This document shows positions 63,701 through 64,000 of a stretch of 64,000 nt of DNA, piece by piece. The notes beneath the pieces were generated by a model that was not told the origin of the DNA, made no database searches, and was given only the letters and a program-made list of their open reading frames with translations. Source of the DNA: Eledone cirrhosa (taxonomy: Eukaryota); contig OZ024740.1 of assembly GCA_964016885.1 (NCBI GenBank), positions 56,482,001 through 56,546,000 on the forward strand. Reading direction: 5' to 3'. Numbering within the stretch: position 1 is the first letter of the stretch; each line of letters opens with the position of its first letter. The translations under genes and the position numbers were made by a program.

Positions 63701-64000
63701 AGTAATGCAATAATATAATATAACTAACACAATATAGTACGGTGTGGTAAATTGTACTTAGTATAATACAGCATATGATACGCTCTAAAATAATATCAAG
63801 TATGTTTATGTATAAATAATCAAACTCAGATAAATACATGTTGACATAGTCAAAACGTATAAATTTCATAGATCACACTATAATTAGAGAGGTATAGTTA
63901 CATTGATACCCAACTAAAAATATACATACGCATAAATAGATGGAAATATAAATACACATTTACGCATGTGCACATAATCATATACACATATATTTATACA

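Overview
This is AT-rich, repeat-dense animal genomic DNA. The SINE and LINE types and the (TA)n load suggest an octopus-like coleoid cephalopod, which is an inference. There is one 200-N gap. The only host gene is on the minus strand: five spliced coding exons (51953 down to 35981) of a PLP-dependent threonine/serine dehydratase (TdcB-like). No further exon was recognised between 35980 and 1, so that stretch is probably one giant intron. The introns hold decayed non-LTR retrotransposons (CR1/Jockey-group, two RTE, CRE fragments), tRNA-derived SINEs and many Penelope-like element (PLE) pieces. Most of these sit inside (TA)n arrays, and many carry inverted or hairpin ends. Three hidden signals stand out. 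(1) About a dozen type-I hammerhead ribozyme motifs from several families, including minimal forms with a palindromic helix III and a recurrent CAGAAGA core variant. (2) (TA)n arrays peppered with TACAGTA/TACTGTA, the Tc1/mariner excision footprint. (3) An RTE copy with apparent strand-specific A-to-G hypermutation. Repeat boundaries were read by eye and are approximate.
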